64,000 bases of DNA from an uncultured delta proteobacterium (GCA_963755715.1 CAVWLW010000043.1:32001-96000), one strand, 5' to 3'. Counted from the first letter of the stretch, positions 12,295 to 22,071 are shown. Notes: generated from the letters alone by a model not told the origin. Numbers and translations are program-made.

Positions 12295-12308
12295 AATTGG
12301 GAGCACCG

Positions 12309-13472
12309 GTGGATTTCAATCTCCCCGAAGAACTGCAAGTTCTAAAAGACACGGTGCGTAAGTTCGTCGATCGCGAGCTGATCCCGCTCGAGCGTGAGTG
12401 CCGCCCCGAAGGCGAAGACATGCCCGAGCAATACATCAAGCCACTGCAAGAAAAGGCCAAGGCGATCGGTCTCTGGCTCCTCGACGTGCCGCAGGAATAT
12501 GGCGGCGCCGGCCTCGATCTGATGAGCCGGTGCGTGATCATGGAGGAAGTAGCGCGTACGGTGGCCATACCGTTTCGCTACGCGCCGATCTTCGGGCCGG
12601 AAGTGCGACCGGTGCTGTTTCACTGCAACGAAGAACAGAAGCCGCGCTTTCTTCTTCCGGTGATTCGCGGCGAAAAAAGAATTTGCTTCGCGCAGACCGA
12701 ACCGGATGCCGGCAGCGATCCGTCGGGCATGAAGACGCGCGCGGTGCGCGACGGCGATTATTACATCATTAACGGGACAAAGCGGTTTATCACCGCCGCC
12801 AAAACCGCCGATTATGCGCAGGTCATTGCGGTTACCGATCCGCAAAAGGGCGCGCGCGGTGGCGTGAGTTGCTTCGTCGTCGACATGAAAGCGCCGGGCG
12901 TCACCTTGGAGCGGTTGTGGCCGACGATGATGGGCGATACGCCGGGGCAAATTCATTTTGAAAACGTGCGCGTGCCGGCAGCCGACAGGATCGGCCAGGA
13001 AGGTGAAGGTTTTTCCATCGCGCAAGGATGGATTCAGGAAGGGCGCATCCGTGGTCACGGCGCGCGACCCGTCGGCATCGCATCGCGCGCTCTCGACATG
13101 ATGATCGAATATTCCAAAGTGCGCACGACTTTCGGCCGGCCGCTGGCGGACAGACAAGCGATTCAATTTATGATTGCCGATTCGGCCATGGAACTGCACG
13201 CTTGCCGTTTAATGGTTTATGAATGCGCTTGGCGCCACGACCGCGGCGAAGACATTCGCCAGCTTTCTTATATGACCAAGATTCAGTGCGCTGAAATGGC
13301 GAGCCGGGTCGTCGACCGCTCGATCCAGGTGCACGGCGGATTGGGACTGATGCGCGAATTGCCGCTCGAATGGTGGTACCGCCAGGTGCGCAGTATTCGC
13401 ATCACCGAAGGCACGCCGGAAGTTTTGCGCTGGCGCTTGGCGCAGCATATCATTAAAAATCATAAGGGATGA
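12309..13472 (+). CDS. Acyl-CoA dehydrogenase
   Basis: CFAQTEPDAGSD, INGTKRFIT, RTTFGRPLADRQAIQFMIAD, QVHGGLG, RITEGTPE. Confidence 0.92.
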   Translation: MDFNLPEELQVLKDTVRKFVDRELIPLERECRPEGEDMPEQYIKPLQEKAKAIGLWLLDVPQEYGGAGLDLMSRCVIMEEVARTVAIPFRYAPIFGPEVRPVLFHCNEEQKPRFLLPVIRGEKRICFAQTEPDAGSDPSGMKTRAVRDGDYYIINGTKRFITAAKTADYAQVIAVTDPQKGARGGVSCFVVDMKAPGVTLERLWPTMMGDTPGQIHFENVRVPAADRIGQEGEGFSIAQGWIQEGRIRGHGARPVGIASRALDMMIEYSKVRTTFGRPLADRQAIQFMIADSAMELHACRLMVYECAWRHDRGEDIRQLSYMTKIQCAEMASRVVDRSIQVHGGLGLMRELPLEWWYRQVRSIRITEGTPEVLRWRLAQHIIKNHKG

Positions 13473-13480
13473 TTTACCCG

Positions 13481-13550
13481 TCGAGGATGGAAGATTGAGG
13501 ATGGCGGATCGCATTCTTTCAATCTTCGATCCTCGATCGTCCATCCTCGA
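13481..13550. repeat. Inverted heptamer array (TCGAGGA/TGGAAGA ... TCCTCGA)
   Basis: TCGAGGATGGAAGATTGAGGATGG pairs with CAATCTTCGATCCTCGATCGTCCATCCTCGA. Confidence 0.75.
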
Positions 13551-13569
13551 TTGATAATCAGAACTACTC

Positions 13570-14778
13570 ATGACTGACATCGCTCAACCCATGGCGTTAC
13601 TCGCCGGCTACCGCGTTCTCGACCTGAGCTCTTCCATGGGCGCCTTTTGCGGCAAGCTGCTGCGCGATCTTGGGATGGACGTGGTCAAGGTCGAACCGCC
13701 CACCGGCGATGCGATGCGCGCTGAACCTCCCTTTGCGAAAGGTCATGTCCATCGCGAAGGCAGCCTGCGTTTCGCCTATCTAAACGCCGGTAAGCGCAGC
13801 ATCACGTTGAACATTGCCAAGCCAAGCGGGCGGAACATGCTGCTCGACTTGGTTGAGCGGGCGGACGTGGTGGTGGAAGATTTTGCGCCCGGTCATCTTG
13901 CTAGTTTGGGGCTTGATTATGAGACGCTGATCGAACGGAAAAAGAACTTAGTTTTGGTTTCGGTGAGCGGCTTTGGCCAGGACGGTCCCTACGCGCAATA
14001 CAAGACGCCCGATATCGTCGGCAACGCCATGGGCGGTTTACTTTACATCAGCGGCGATCCGACGATGACGCCATGCAATCCGCCGGAGACGCAGTCGTAC
14101 TATTACGCGAGTTTGTTTGCCTCCTACGGAGTCATGCTGGCGCTCTGGCAGCGCGAGACGCGCGGCATCGGCGCCTGGATCGACGCGTCGATTCAAGCGA
14201 GCATGGCGCTGCATGAACATGTCGCGTTCAATTATTCCGCCGAGGGCAGGGTGATGAAGCGCGCCGGCAGCCAGCACCAGCACAACGCGCCGGCGAATTT
14301 GTTCCAATGCAAGAACGGTTGGATTGCTCTCTTCGTCACCCAAACGCACTGGCCGCTATTGCTCAAACTCTGGGGTGATCACGATCCGGCGCTCGATGAT
14401 CCGAAATGGATCAACAGCAACCTGCGCCGCCAGCACGCCGACTACATCAACGCGCAGGTGACGTCGTTCACGTCGCGCTTTCTCAAAGAAGATCTCGCTG
14501 AGATGATGCAGAAAAATGGCATCCCCGGCTTACCGGTGAATTCGCCGTCGGATTTTATGAAGGACCCGCACATTCAAGCGCGCGGATTCTTCAGCGCCGT
14601 CAACCATCCCGTGCTCGGCACTTTTCAGCAACCGGGGAATTGCTTCATGGTCAACGGCAGCCGCACCGAAGCATCACCCGCGCCGCTTTTAGGGCAGCAC
14701 AATCAGCAGGTCTTCTGTGGCGAGCTCGGTTTGGGCGAGAAGGAGTTGGCGGTATTGGCGGCGGAGAAAGTCATTTGA
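13570..14778 (+). CDS. Family III CoA-transferase (CaiB/BaiF), BbsE-like subunit with no obvious catalytic Asp
   Basis: RVLDLS, VVKVEPPTGD, LNAGKRSITL, SGFGQDGPY, APLLGQH; PETQSYYYAS where the catalytic Asp is expected. Confidence 0.85.
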   Translation: MTDIAQPMALLAGYRVLDLSSSMGAFCGKLLRDLGMDVVKVEPPTGDAMRAEPPFAKGHVHREGSLRFAYLNAGKRSITLNIAKPSGRNMLLDLVERADVVVEDFAPGHLASLGLDYETLIERKKNLVLVSVSGFGQDGPYAQYKTPDIVGNAMGGLLYISGDPTMTPCNPPETQSYYYASLFASYGVMLALWQRETRGIGAWIDASIQASMALHEHVAFNYSAEGRVMKRAGSQHQHNAPANLFQCKNGWIALFVTQTHWPLLLKLWGDHDPALDDPKWINSNLRRQHADYINAQVTSFTSRFLKEDLAEMMQKNGIPGLPVNSPSDFMKDPHIQARGFFSAVNHPVLGTFQQPGNCFMVNGSRTEASPAPLLGQHNQQVFCGELGLGEKELAVLAAEKVI

Positions 14779-14781
14779 AGA

Positions 14782-14886
14782 AATTGAAAATGGAGAATGG
14801 AGAATTGAGAATGGCGGATGCTGAAAAGCACGGTCAGCCAATTTGGCTCGTCGTAATTTTCAATTTTCAATTCTCCATTTTCAATT
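14782..14886. repeat. Inverted heptamer arrays (AATTGAA/AATGGAG ... TTCAATT/CTCCATT)
   Basis: Same family as 12172..12294; arms 14782-14814 and 14855-14886. Confidence 0.78.
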
Positions 14887-14895
14887 ATTAGATTC

Positions 14896-16107
14896 ATGTC
14901 ACCCAACGAAATTCTAAAAGGCGTGCGAGTTTTGGCTTTCACCACCGGCTATGCCGGTCCGTACGCCGGCCGCTTGCTCGCAAGCTACGGCGCAGAGGTG
15001 ATCAAGATAGAGTCGAAGAAGGGCGGGCTCGATACTTTTCGCCATTACGGCCAGCACAAAGACATCGACGCGGCGCCGCGCTTTATCGAATGCAATCTCG
15101 GCGTGCGCTCGATGGCGATCAATCTGAAACACCCAACGGGAGGGCGACTGATCCGCGAGCTCGCCGGCAAATCGGATGCAGTCTTGCAGAATTTCCGTCC
15201 TAGGGTATTGGATAAATTGGGTTTAGGTGATGATGACCTGAGAAAAGCTAATCCAAAACTTGTGATTGTTAAACTGCCCGGCTTCGGCAGTGAAGGGCCG
15301 AAGAGCAGCTACGGCACCTGGGGGTTCAACCTTACGGCGTTTTCCGGAATGACCTATCTCTGGAATCATCCCGAGCAGGATCGCCCGATCGGCAGCCAGG
15401 GTGTGTATCCCGATCATTTGGGTTTCGTCATGGGGCCAACGCTGCTTGTCGCGGCACTGCTCAATAGCCGGCGCACCGGCAAGGGCGTGACCATCGATCT
15501 AGCGCAGATCGAAGGAACCGCGGCCGTTTTGGGGACGACGTATTTGGAAACATCGGTTAACGGCGACGATCCACAACCAAAGGGAAATCATTACGCCGCT
15601 GCCGCGCCGCATGGCTGTTACCGCTGCCAAGGCGAAGACCGCTGGTGCGTGATTTCAGCGCGCGACGATGACGAATGGCGCGCTTTCTGCCGAGTGATCG
15701 GCCGCGGTGAGTTGGTGAGCGATGCACGCTTTGTGAATTTACAGGCGCGCCTTAACAACCGCGCGGAACTTGACGGCATCGTACAACAATGGACCGAAGC
15801 GCGACCGGCGGAAGAAGTTATGGACCAGCTGCAAACTGCCGGCGTTCCCGCGGGTGTGGTGCAGACCGGCGCCGATCTTTTGCAGGATGTCCAACTGCGG
15901 CATAGAAATTATTTTTCGCCTTTCGCCGATTCGCTGATCGGTCCGTTTGAAATTCCGCGCAGCGGTTTCTTGTTTCGCGGCATGAACGAAGAGCCTCTGC
16001 GCTTACCCAACCGACTCGGCGCAGACAATGACCCAATCCTGAGCGAGCTGCTCGGTTATGACCGAGCGACCATCGAGCAATGGCGCCAGGAAGAAATCCT
16101 CACGTAG
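14896..16107 (+). CDS. Family III CoA-transferase, BbsF-like subunit
   Basis: YAGPYAGRLLASYGAEVIKIES, NFRP, PGFGSEGP, VYPDHLG (catalytic Asp), APHGCYRCQGEDRW. Confidence 0.88.
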   Translation: MSPNEILKGVRVLAFTTGYAGPYAGRLLASYGAEVIKIESKKGGLDTFRHYGQHKDIDAAPRFIECNLGVRSMAINLKHPTGGRLIRELAGKSDAVLQNFRPRVLDKLGLGDDDLRKANPKLVIVKLPGFGSEGPKSSYGTWGFNLTAFSGMTYLWNHPEQDRPIGSQGVYPDHLGFVMGPTLLVAALLNSRRTGKGVTIDLAQIEGTAAVLGTTYLETSVNGDDPQPKGNHYAAAAPHGCYRCQGEDRWCVISARDDDEWRAFCRVIGRGELVSDARFVNLQARLNNRAELDGIVQQWTEARPAEEVMDQLQTAGVPAGVVQTGADLLQDVQLRHRNYFSPFADSLIGPFEIPRSGFLFRGMNEEPLRLPNRLGADNDPILSELLGYDRATIEQWRQEEILT

Positions 16108-16186
16108 CGGCGCGGTTCACGCTTGGGAAGTAGAGTCGTTGTACAAATCCTAGCGCTTTATGTCGCTATCGTGAAATTGGCCGCGG

Positions 16187-16293
16187 TGTCATTCTGAACG
16201 ACAGTGAAGAATCCCGACCGAATCAGCGGTTGTAAAAGACGAGATTCTTCGGCGGAGTTTATCCTGAGAAGATCGAAGGGCCTCAGGATGACA
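16187..16293. repeat. REP-like palindromic element (TGTCAT...ATGACA family) with a 27-nt insert in its right hairpin
   Basis: TGTCATTCTGA...TCAGGATGACA termini; homologous to 51049..51132. Confidence 0.8.
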
Positions 16294-16338
16294 TAGGCCA
16301 GGGCTTAGCAAATTTCTCGCTCACATCGGGGAGAACCC

Positions 16339-17320
16339 ATGTTCGGATTGCTCGCTTCCCTCGCGCTTTTAGTCGCGCTCGTTAGCCAAGCTCCGATCAT
16401 CCAGGCTCAAGAAACCGTTAAACTCCGCGCCAGCGTAGTGGCGAAAACGTTCGGCTTCGGCCCGGTCTGGGTGGCGTCGAGGCAGGGATTTTTCAATCAG
16501 CAAAAGCTCGATGTCGAGGTTCTGTTGATCCGCGGCTCGGACGTTTCCACGCAAGCTTTGGCCGGTGGCTCGCTGCAAGTTTCCGGCGCATCGTCCGATG
16601 CGCCGATCGCTGCCTTTGACCGTGGCTTGGACATGGTGATTATCGGCGGCATCATCAACGGCCTCAGCCAGTCGATCATGGCCGGCAAAAATTATAAAAC
16701 CTACGACGATCTGCGCGGCGCCACACTTGGCGCTAACAGCCTCACTGCCGGGGACAGCGTTCGCTTTCCGGCGCGTGCTCAAGGCCAAGGGATTGGAGTA
16801 TCCGCGCGATTACAAATTGATTAACGTCGGCGGAACGCCACAGGCGCTCGCGGCGTTGGCCTCGGGCCAGATTGCGGCGGCGCCGCTCTCGTTGCCGGTG
16901 AATTTTGTGGCCGAGGAGCAGGGATTCAATACCATCGGCCGCTTCATCGATGTGATCCCGCACTATCAGCTCTCGGTCTACTCCGTGCTTCGGCCTTGGG
17001 CGGAAAAAAATCGCGCCGTTGTCGTGCGTTTCATGAAGTCGGTCGCGCTGGCGGCACGCTGGATTTACGCGAATAAAGAAGCCGCGACCGATTTGCTCGC
17101 CAAGGAGATGGGCCTCAAGCGCGAATACGCGCGCAAAGGATGGGAGTTCTACACCGAAAAGGGATTATGGAGTCCGGTGGGCGACGTGACGCTCGACGGA
17201 CTCGGCATCGTCGCGCAGATCTACGCGGAACAGAATCAGTTAAAGGCCTCGCCCAATCCGGCCAAGTTTGTCGACCAAAGTTATTTGCGCGCGGCGCTGA
17301 AAGAAATTGACGGAAGATAG
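16339..17320 (+). CDS. NMT1/SsuA-like substrate-binding protein, frameshifted near 16750
   Basis: ORFs 16339..16824 and 16727..17320 join into a paralog of 1635..2609 (GLEYPRDY, SGQI, FVDQSYL). Confidence 0.85.
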
Positions 17321-17439
17321 AATCCCGGTCGTTCACGTCGTTCCAGTTGTTACGGATGTGTTACGTCATTCTTCATGGCGCGACGCGCCGATCCCTTGAA
17401 TATTTTTCGGCGTGACCCTAAACTCGGCGATCATGTTGG

Positions 17440-17990
17440 TTGGATCCTCCTAGAGTGATAAACCCGCCCAAGACTCTCAAGACCGAACGCTTACGACTGA
17501 GAAAAGCAAAACTTTCCGATGCCGAGGCGATCTTTCGCCAGTATGCTCAAGATCCGGAAGTCATCAAATACGTCAGTTGGCGCGCGCACAGAGACCTAGA
17601 AGAAACGCGCGAGTACATGCGCATGTGCCAGCTCGCCTGGGACGTGGGCAAAGCGTTTCACTGGGTCATCGAGCAAACGAAGACAAGCAAGTGATCGGCA
17701 TGATGATCGCCAGAGTGAGTGGCGAAAAATGGGAGTTGGGTTACGTTTTAGCGCGCGCTCACTGGGGCCGAGGCTATATGACTGAAGCGCTCAAAGGGCT
17801 GGTCGCGTGGGCGCTTAAACAACAAGATATCTATCGCATCTGGGCGGTCTGCGATGTCGATAACATGGCTTCCGCCCGGGTCATGGAAAAGGCCGGCATG
17901 CAGCGCGAAGGGATATTGCGGCGCTGGTCAGTGCACCCCAATCTTAGCAACGAGCCGCGTGACTCCTATTGTTACGCTATTGTTAAATGA
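17440..17990 (+). CDS. GNAT N-acetyltransferase (RimJ/RimL-like), frameshifted near 17676
   Basis: LKTERLRLR, ELGYVLARAHWGRGYMTEA, NMASARVMEKAGM. Confidence 0.85.
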
Positions 17991-18049
17991 AGGAGAACAG
18001 ATTGGAGCAATGAAGTGTTGGAGTGATGGAAAAGGCGTGGTGGATTAAT

Positions 18050-19036
18050 ATGGCAAACCCGTTGGCGAGCATCTTTGCGCTACTGTTCATCCTATTCAGC
18101 GCGGTGAGTGTTTCAGCTCAAGATCGCGTGCGCGTCGGATGGGCGGCGATGACCGCATCGCACACGCCGCTCTGGGTGGCGCAAGACAGAGGCTTCTTGG
18201 CTAAACAAGGGTTGGCCGTCGAGTCGATTTTTTTTGGCGCCGGTCCGCCGGCGATGCAGGCGCTGGTGGCGGGCGATCTCGATATCGTCGTTACGTCCGC
18301 GCCTAACGTCGTCAATCCGCGTCTCGGCGGCGTTGATGCGGTGATGATCCTGTCGATCATCCCGACGTTTATCGACCATATCGTCAGTGCGGCGAACATC
18401 ACGACCACCGAGCAGTTGCGCGGCAAGATCGGCTCGGTCAATCGTTTCGGCAGCATCTCGGAGATGGGGTTGCGGCTTTCGCTGCGGCGACTGGGCATCG
18501 ATCCGGAAAAGGACGTGACGATCGTGCCCGCGGGCGGGAATCCCGAGCGGCTCGCGTCTATTTCTCGAGGGATTTCTCAGTTTACGATCATGAGTGAACC
18601 GTTTGTCAGAGAGGCCGAAAAGCTTGGACTGCGCAATCTAGTCAGCATGGCCAATTTGAAAATCCCGCTCCATGGCAACGGTGTGGTGACGCGGGAGGCG
18701 ATCATCAAGAACAAAAGGCCGATGGTCGCAAAATTTGTCCGCGGCATCACCGAAGCTATTTACTTTATCAAGAACGATAAGGAATCGACCAAGGCAATTA
18801 TCGGCAAGTATACTCGATTCACCGACCCGGAAGGCCTGGAGCGCACTTATAGAAATCACGTGGGTGTTTTGTTGGACGTGCCGTACGCCGATCCGGTCGG
18901 CATCAAGACTCTGCTGGATGATATGGCTCCGCGCAATCCCAAAGCAGCGGCAGCGGATCCGAAGGCATTTGTCGACGCCAGCTTCGTTCATGAGATGGAA
19001 ACCAGCGGGTTCCTCAAGCAGCTGCAAAAACGGTAG
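18050..19036 (+). CDS. NMT1/SsuA-like substrate-binding protein
   Basis: Signal peptide (VSAQDRVRVG), GFLAKQGL, QLRGKIG, FVDASFV. Confidence 0.87.
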   Translation: MANPLASIFALLFILFSAVSVSAQDRVRVGWAAMTASHTPLWVAQDRGFLAKQGLAVESIFFGAGPPAMQALVAGDLDIVVTSAPNVVNPRLGGVDAVMILSIIPTFIDHIVSAANITTTEQLRGKIGSVNRFGSISEMGLRLSLRRLGIDPEKDVTIVPAGGNPERLASISRGISQFTIMSEPFVREAEKLGLRNLVSMANLKIPLHGNGVVTREAIIKNKRPMVAKFVRGITEAIYFIKNDKESTKAIIGKYTRFTDPEGLERTYRNHVGVLLDVPYADPVGIKTLLDDMAPRNPKAAAADPKAFVDASFVHEMETSGFLKQLQKR

Positions 19037-19038
19037 GA

Positions 19039-19065
19039 AGGCAATAGGCATCAGGCAATAGGCAA
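19039..19065. repeat. Heptamer tandem AGGCAAT-AGGCATC-AGGCAAT-AGGCAA, identical to 21923..21949
   Basis: Exact 27-bp match between the two sites. Confidence 0.8.
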
Positions 19066-19153
19066 CTGTAGGATAAAGGCAAAAGTAAAAAGGTGAAATA
19101 AGAGACGAAATTCTAAAGCGGCAATAAACGTTCTTAGCCACGGAGGTCGCGAT

Positions 19154-20149
19154 ATGATCGCGCGAGTCGTTCGTCGATGCTGTTCGTTAGTGATCGCTTT
19201 TTTGTGTATCAGCTCCCCCGCGGTGGCCGCCGAGAAACTTGTCGGCCTTCAATCCGCGCCTAGCATCGCCATGGCCGTGCCATGGTTCGCCGAGGTAGCG
19301 CGGCTTTATCCGAAATACGATCTCGACTTTCAACTGGTTTATATCGCCTCGTCGGGCATCGTCACTGCCGCGATGAGCGGCGGCAACGGCAGTGTGGCGA
19401 TCGTCGGCGGCGAAGGACCGATCCGCGCGTTCCTGAGCGGCAATACCGATTTCGTTTTCATCGGTTCGGTGAAGAACGTTCTTACTCACAGCATCATGGG
19501 CAAGGGCGACATCAGGCGTCCCGAGGATTTGAGAGGCAAGCGCATCGGCGTCGGTCGCATCGGCGGCAACTCGCACTATTTCACCCAATTGGCGATGCGC
19601 CAAAAGGGTCTTGATCCGCTCAAGGATGCCAACTTGATTCAAACCGGCGGCGCGCCGGAAACTTTTTTGGCGCTTGCGACGGGCGCCGTCGACGCGGCCT
19701 CGATAACGACGCCGCAGGACACGCGCGCGGCGTTTCAGGGCTTCAACTACGTCATCGACGGCCGTGAGATCAAGCCGCCGTACGTCGCCACCGGGTTTGT
19801 TACGCTGCGCTCGGTCATCGCTAAACGGCCGAAGGTGATCAGCCAGTTCATGCACATGATGGCCGAGTCTTACAAAATCATGGTCACCGACCGCGAGTTG
19901 GCGTTTCGACTGATGGCCAAAAAAATTGGTCTCACCGACCGAAAAGTTTTCGACGCAGCTTACACGGCAGAATTGAAAGTGCTGGAGCCGCGATTGGACA
20001 TCAAACCAATCGCAATCCAAGCAACTCTCGACGAGATTGCCAAGACCGATCCACGTGCCAAGCAAGTAAAAGCGGAGCAGTTGATCGACCGGCGCTTTCT
20101 CGATGAGATGGAGAAGGACGGGACCTTTGAACGGCTTGGGATGCGGTGA
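19154..20149 (+). CDS. NMT1/SsuA-like substrate-binding protein
   Basis: RBS GGAGG, signal peptide, DLRGKRIGVGRIG, IQTGGAPET, LIDRRFL. Confidence 0.87.
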   Translation: MIARVVRRCCSLVIAFLCISSPAVAAEKLVGLQSAPSIAMAVPWFAEVARLYPKYDLDFQLVYIASSGIVTAAMSGGNGSVAIVGGEGPIRAFLSGNTDFVFIGSVKNVLTHSIMGKGDIRRPEDLRGKRIGVGRIGGNSHYFTQLAMRQKGLDPLKDANLIQTGGAPETFLALATGAVDAASITTPQDTRAAFQGFNYVIDGREIKPPYVATGFVTLRSVIAKRPKVISQFMHMMAESYKIMVTDRELAFRLMAKKIGLTDRKVFDAAYTAELKVLEPRLDIKPIAIQATLDEIAKTDPRAKQVKAEQLIDRRFLDEMEKDGTFERLGMR

Positions 20150-20219
20150 TTCGTTCTTATTTTCGATCGCTGACGGGCTCGACGTGACAAATCGACAAAA
20201 AAATTCCAAAGCGTATTTT

Positions 20220-20609
20220 CTAGGCGAACAAATAGGTGCGCAGAACATCACGCAGCATCGGCAATTGAAATGGTTTGTACAAAACCTCTACGGCCCCTGC
20301 ATTGAGCGCGCGGCTGATCCGCTCTTCAACGTTGCAGTCCATTGTCCAGCCGGTATTGATTACCACCGGTATGTTTCGGGTGGACATATTTTTTTTCAAT
20401 CGCGCCGTTACTTCATCGCCGTTCATGCCGGCCAAGCGTACGTCCATGATGATCAAATCGGGATGTAGGCTGGAAGCTTTCTCTATGGCATCGAGACCCG
20501 TAGCTGCTTCGAAGACTTCGTGGCCCAAACCTTTGATAAATGTTCGGATCGATTCTCGAAAGGCGTCATTGCTGTCGACGATCAGTATTTTCTTGGCTGT
20601 GTTCCACAT
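20220..20609 (-). CDS. Single-domain response regulator
   Basis: ILIVDSN, DLIIMDVRLAGMNG, INTG, YKP; similar to 10359..10802; start uncertain. Confidence 0.8.
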   Translation of the reverse strand: MWNTAKKILIVDSNDAFRESIRTFIKGLGHEVFEAATGLDAIEKASSLHPDLIIMDVRLAGMNGDEVTARLKKNMSTRNIPVVINTGWTMDCNVEERISRALNAGAVEVLYKPFQLPMLRDVLRTYLFA

Positions 20610-20840
20610 ACAGCGGAGTAAACGCACAAAGGATGCCAGCCGGTACAAAAGGCGTCCTTTTGGTATTTTCGTTCCGGTATCGGCCATCGTGAGGTATTGC
20701 GCGGTAAAAGTTGGATAGAGGAACTCCGTCTGGAAAGTAGAAGTTTCCCGTAATCGGTTATTTTTACGACGTGTATTTGTCCAACGAATAGAAGATCGAG
20801 AACCGGTCCGTGTTCCCTATCGATCCTCCATCATCGACTG

Positions 20841-21851
20841 CTAATTGAGCTCCAATCCCACCACCTTCGCTGGATTCTTCGTACACACCGTGTAAAGCTC
20901 GTCCTGATTTAACCCGAACGCTTCCATGTAGCCGCGCACCAGGCGCATGGCTTCGACCGAGTCGGGGAAAAGTGGTTCGCCGGCATCACTGGACAACGTG
21001 AAATGCTCGGGGCCGACTTCGCGGATCGTGTTGTACATGATCTGCGGATCGACGCCGAGGAGCGGCGACAGTTCGTCCCACGTGAAGTTGAACAGAATTC
21101 CTACAGGTGCCAGCTCCTTCATCATTTTCGGCGAGAGGTTCAAGAACGGGCTATAGGGGTGATCGATGACGGCGCGCTTGAGGCCGACCTTGTCGACTTC
21201 TTCGGCAAGCTTATAAATTTCCGAATGGGTCGCATGGCCGAAAAAAAGCGCGACGTTGCGGTCGGCGCAGAGGTGCACGATGTCGCGGATTTCTGGCTTC
21301 AATTTGCCGTTCTCGTCGAGATCATAGTGGCCGACCTGCATGGCCTCATCCCAAGGAATTGGTCCCGTCCATCCAGGCGTGTTGCGGCTTTGAACGAAAT
21401 GTCCGTAGGTGCCGACCGTGCTCATGGTAATCACGTGGGTGAAGACGGGCAGCCAGACTGCGGCGATGCCGCGATCGATCATCTCGCTTACCGTCTTGGC
21501 CGAGATCGGCGCCATTTGCCGGCCGCACACGTAGCTTGACCAGCAGGTGATCGGAGTGACGCCTTCTTTTTCCGCCCAGCGATTGACATCGTCCTGGACG
21601 TCTTGCGTGGCTTTAACCGGATCGTCACCCGGTATGCTCTTGAAAAGCAGCCCTTTCATTTCCGCCAGCGAGGCGCGGCGCGCGAGATCGTAGGGATCTT
21701 GCTGGCCCTCGTGAGTATGGCAATGGATGTCGATGGCGTCTTTGACTTTGATATGCGGCGGATGCACGACGCCGGGTTTGTATTGCGTGCGCGCTGCGTA
21801 GGAGGTGACGCACCGTTCGTGCGTCGGGGTAGAAACGATATTTTGGGCCAT
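20841..21851 (-). CDS. DUF6282-like metal-dependent TIM-barrel (amidohydrolase/PHP-like) protein
   Basis: AIDIHCHTH, LFKS, FFGH, VIDHP, LSSDAG, KNPAKVVG; start MAQNIV after AGGAG. Confidence 0.75.
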   Translation of the reverse strand: MAQNIVSTPTHERCVTSYAARTQYKPGVVHPPHIKVKDAIDIHCHTHEGQQDPYDLARRASLAEMKGLLFKSIPGDDPVKATQDVQDDVNRWAEKEGVTPITCWSSYVCGRQMAPISAKTVSEMIDRGIAAVWLPVFTHVITMSTVGTYGHFVQSRNTPGWTGPIPWDEAMQVGHYDLDENGKLKPEIRDIVHLCADRNVALFFGHATHSEIYKLAEEVDKVGLKRAVIDHPYSPFLNLSPKMMKELAPVGILFNFTWDELSPLLGVDPQIMYNTIREVGPEHFTLSSDAGEPLFPDSVEAMRLVRGYMEAFGLNQDELYTVCTKNPAKVVGLELN

Positions 21852-21922
21852 GGCTTCCTTCTCCTTTGCCTGATGAAGGAATGTTGCTACAGACTTGGTG
21901 AGTTTGTCAAAGTGTTTAAGGG

Positions 21923-21949
21923 AGGCAATAGGCATCAGGCAATAGGCAA
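21923..21949. repeat. Heptamer tandem identical to 19039..19065
   Basis: AGGCAATAGGCATCAGGCAATAGGCAA. Confidence 0.8.
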
Positions 21950-22071
21950 ATAGTTTCGGAGGCGGAAGGAAACGGAGATAATTCTTGTTGGTTTTTATCG
22001 GCGCGTTGTGTAAGAACGGTTCGGTTGTTTTGGCTATCTCTGAACTTTCTCTCTTCACGGAGGACGACGTC

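Noticed and set aside
12172-14886. Short periodic repeats as a possible CRISPR array
   Set aside because: Units are 7 bp with no unique spacers, and there are no cas genes
19187-20251. Long antisense and alternate-frame ORFs (also 459..1145, 12342..13199, 48067..49140)
   Set aside because: Shadow ORFs of well-supported genes in GC-rich DNA, with no motifs
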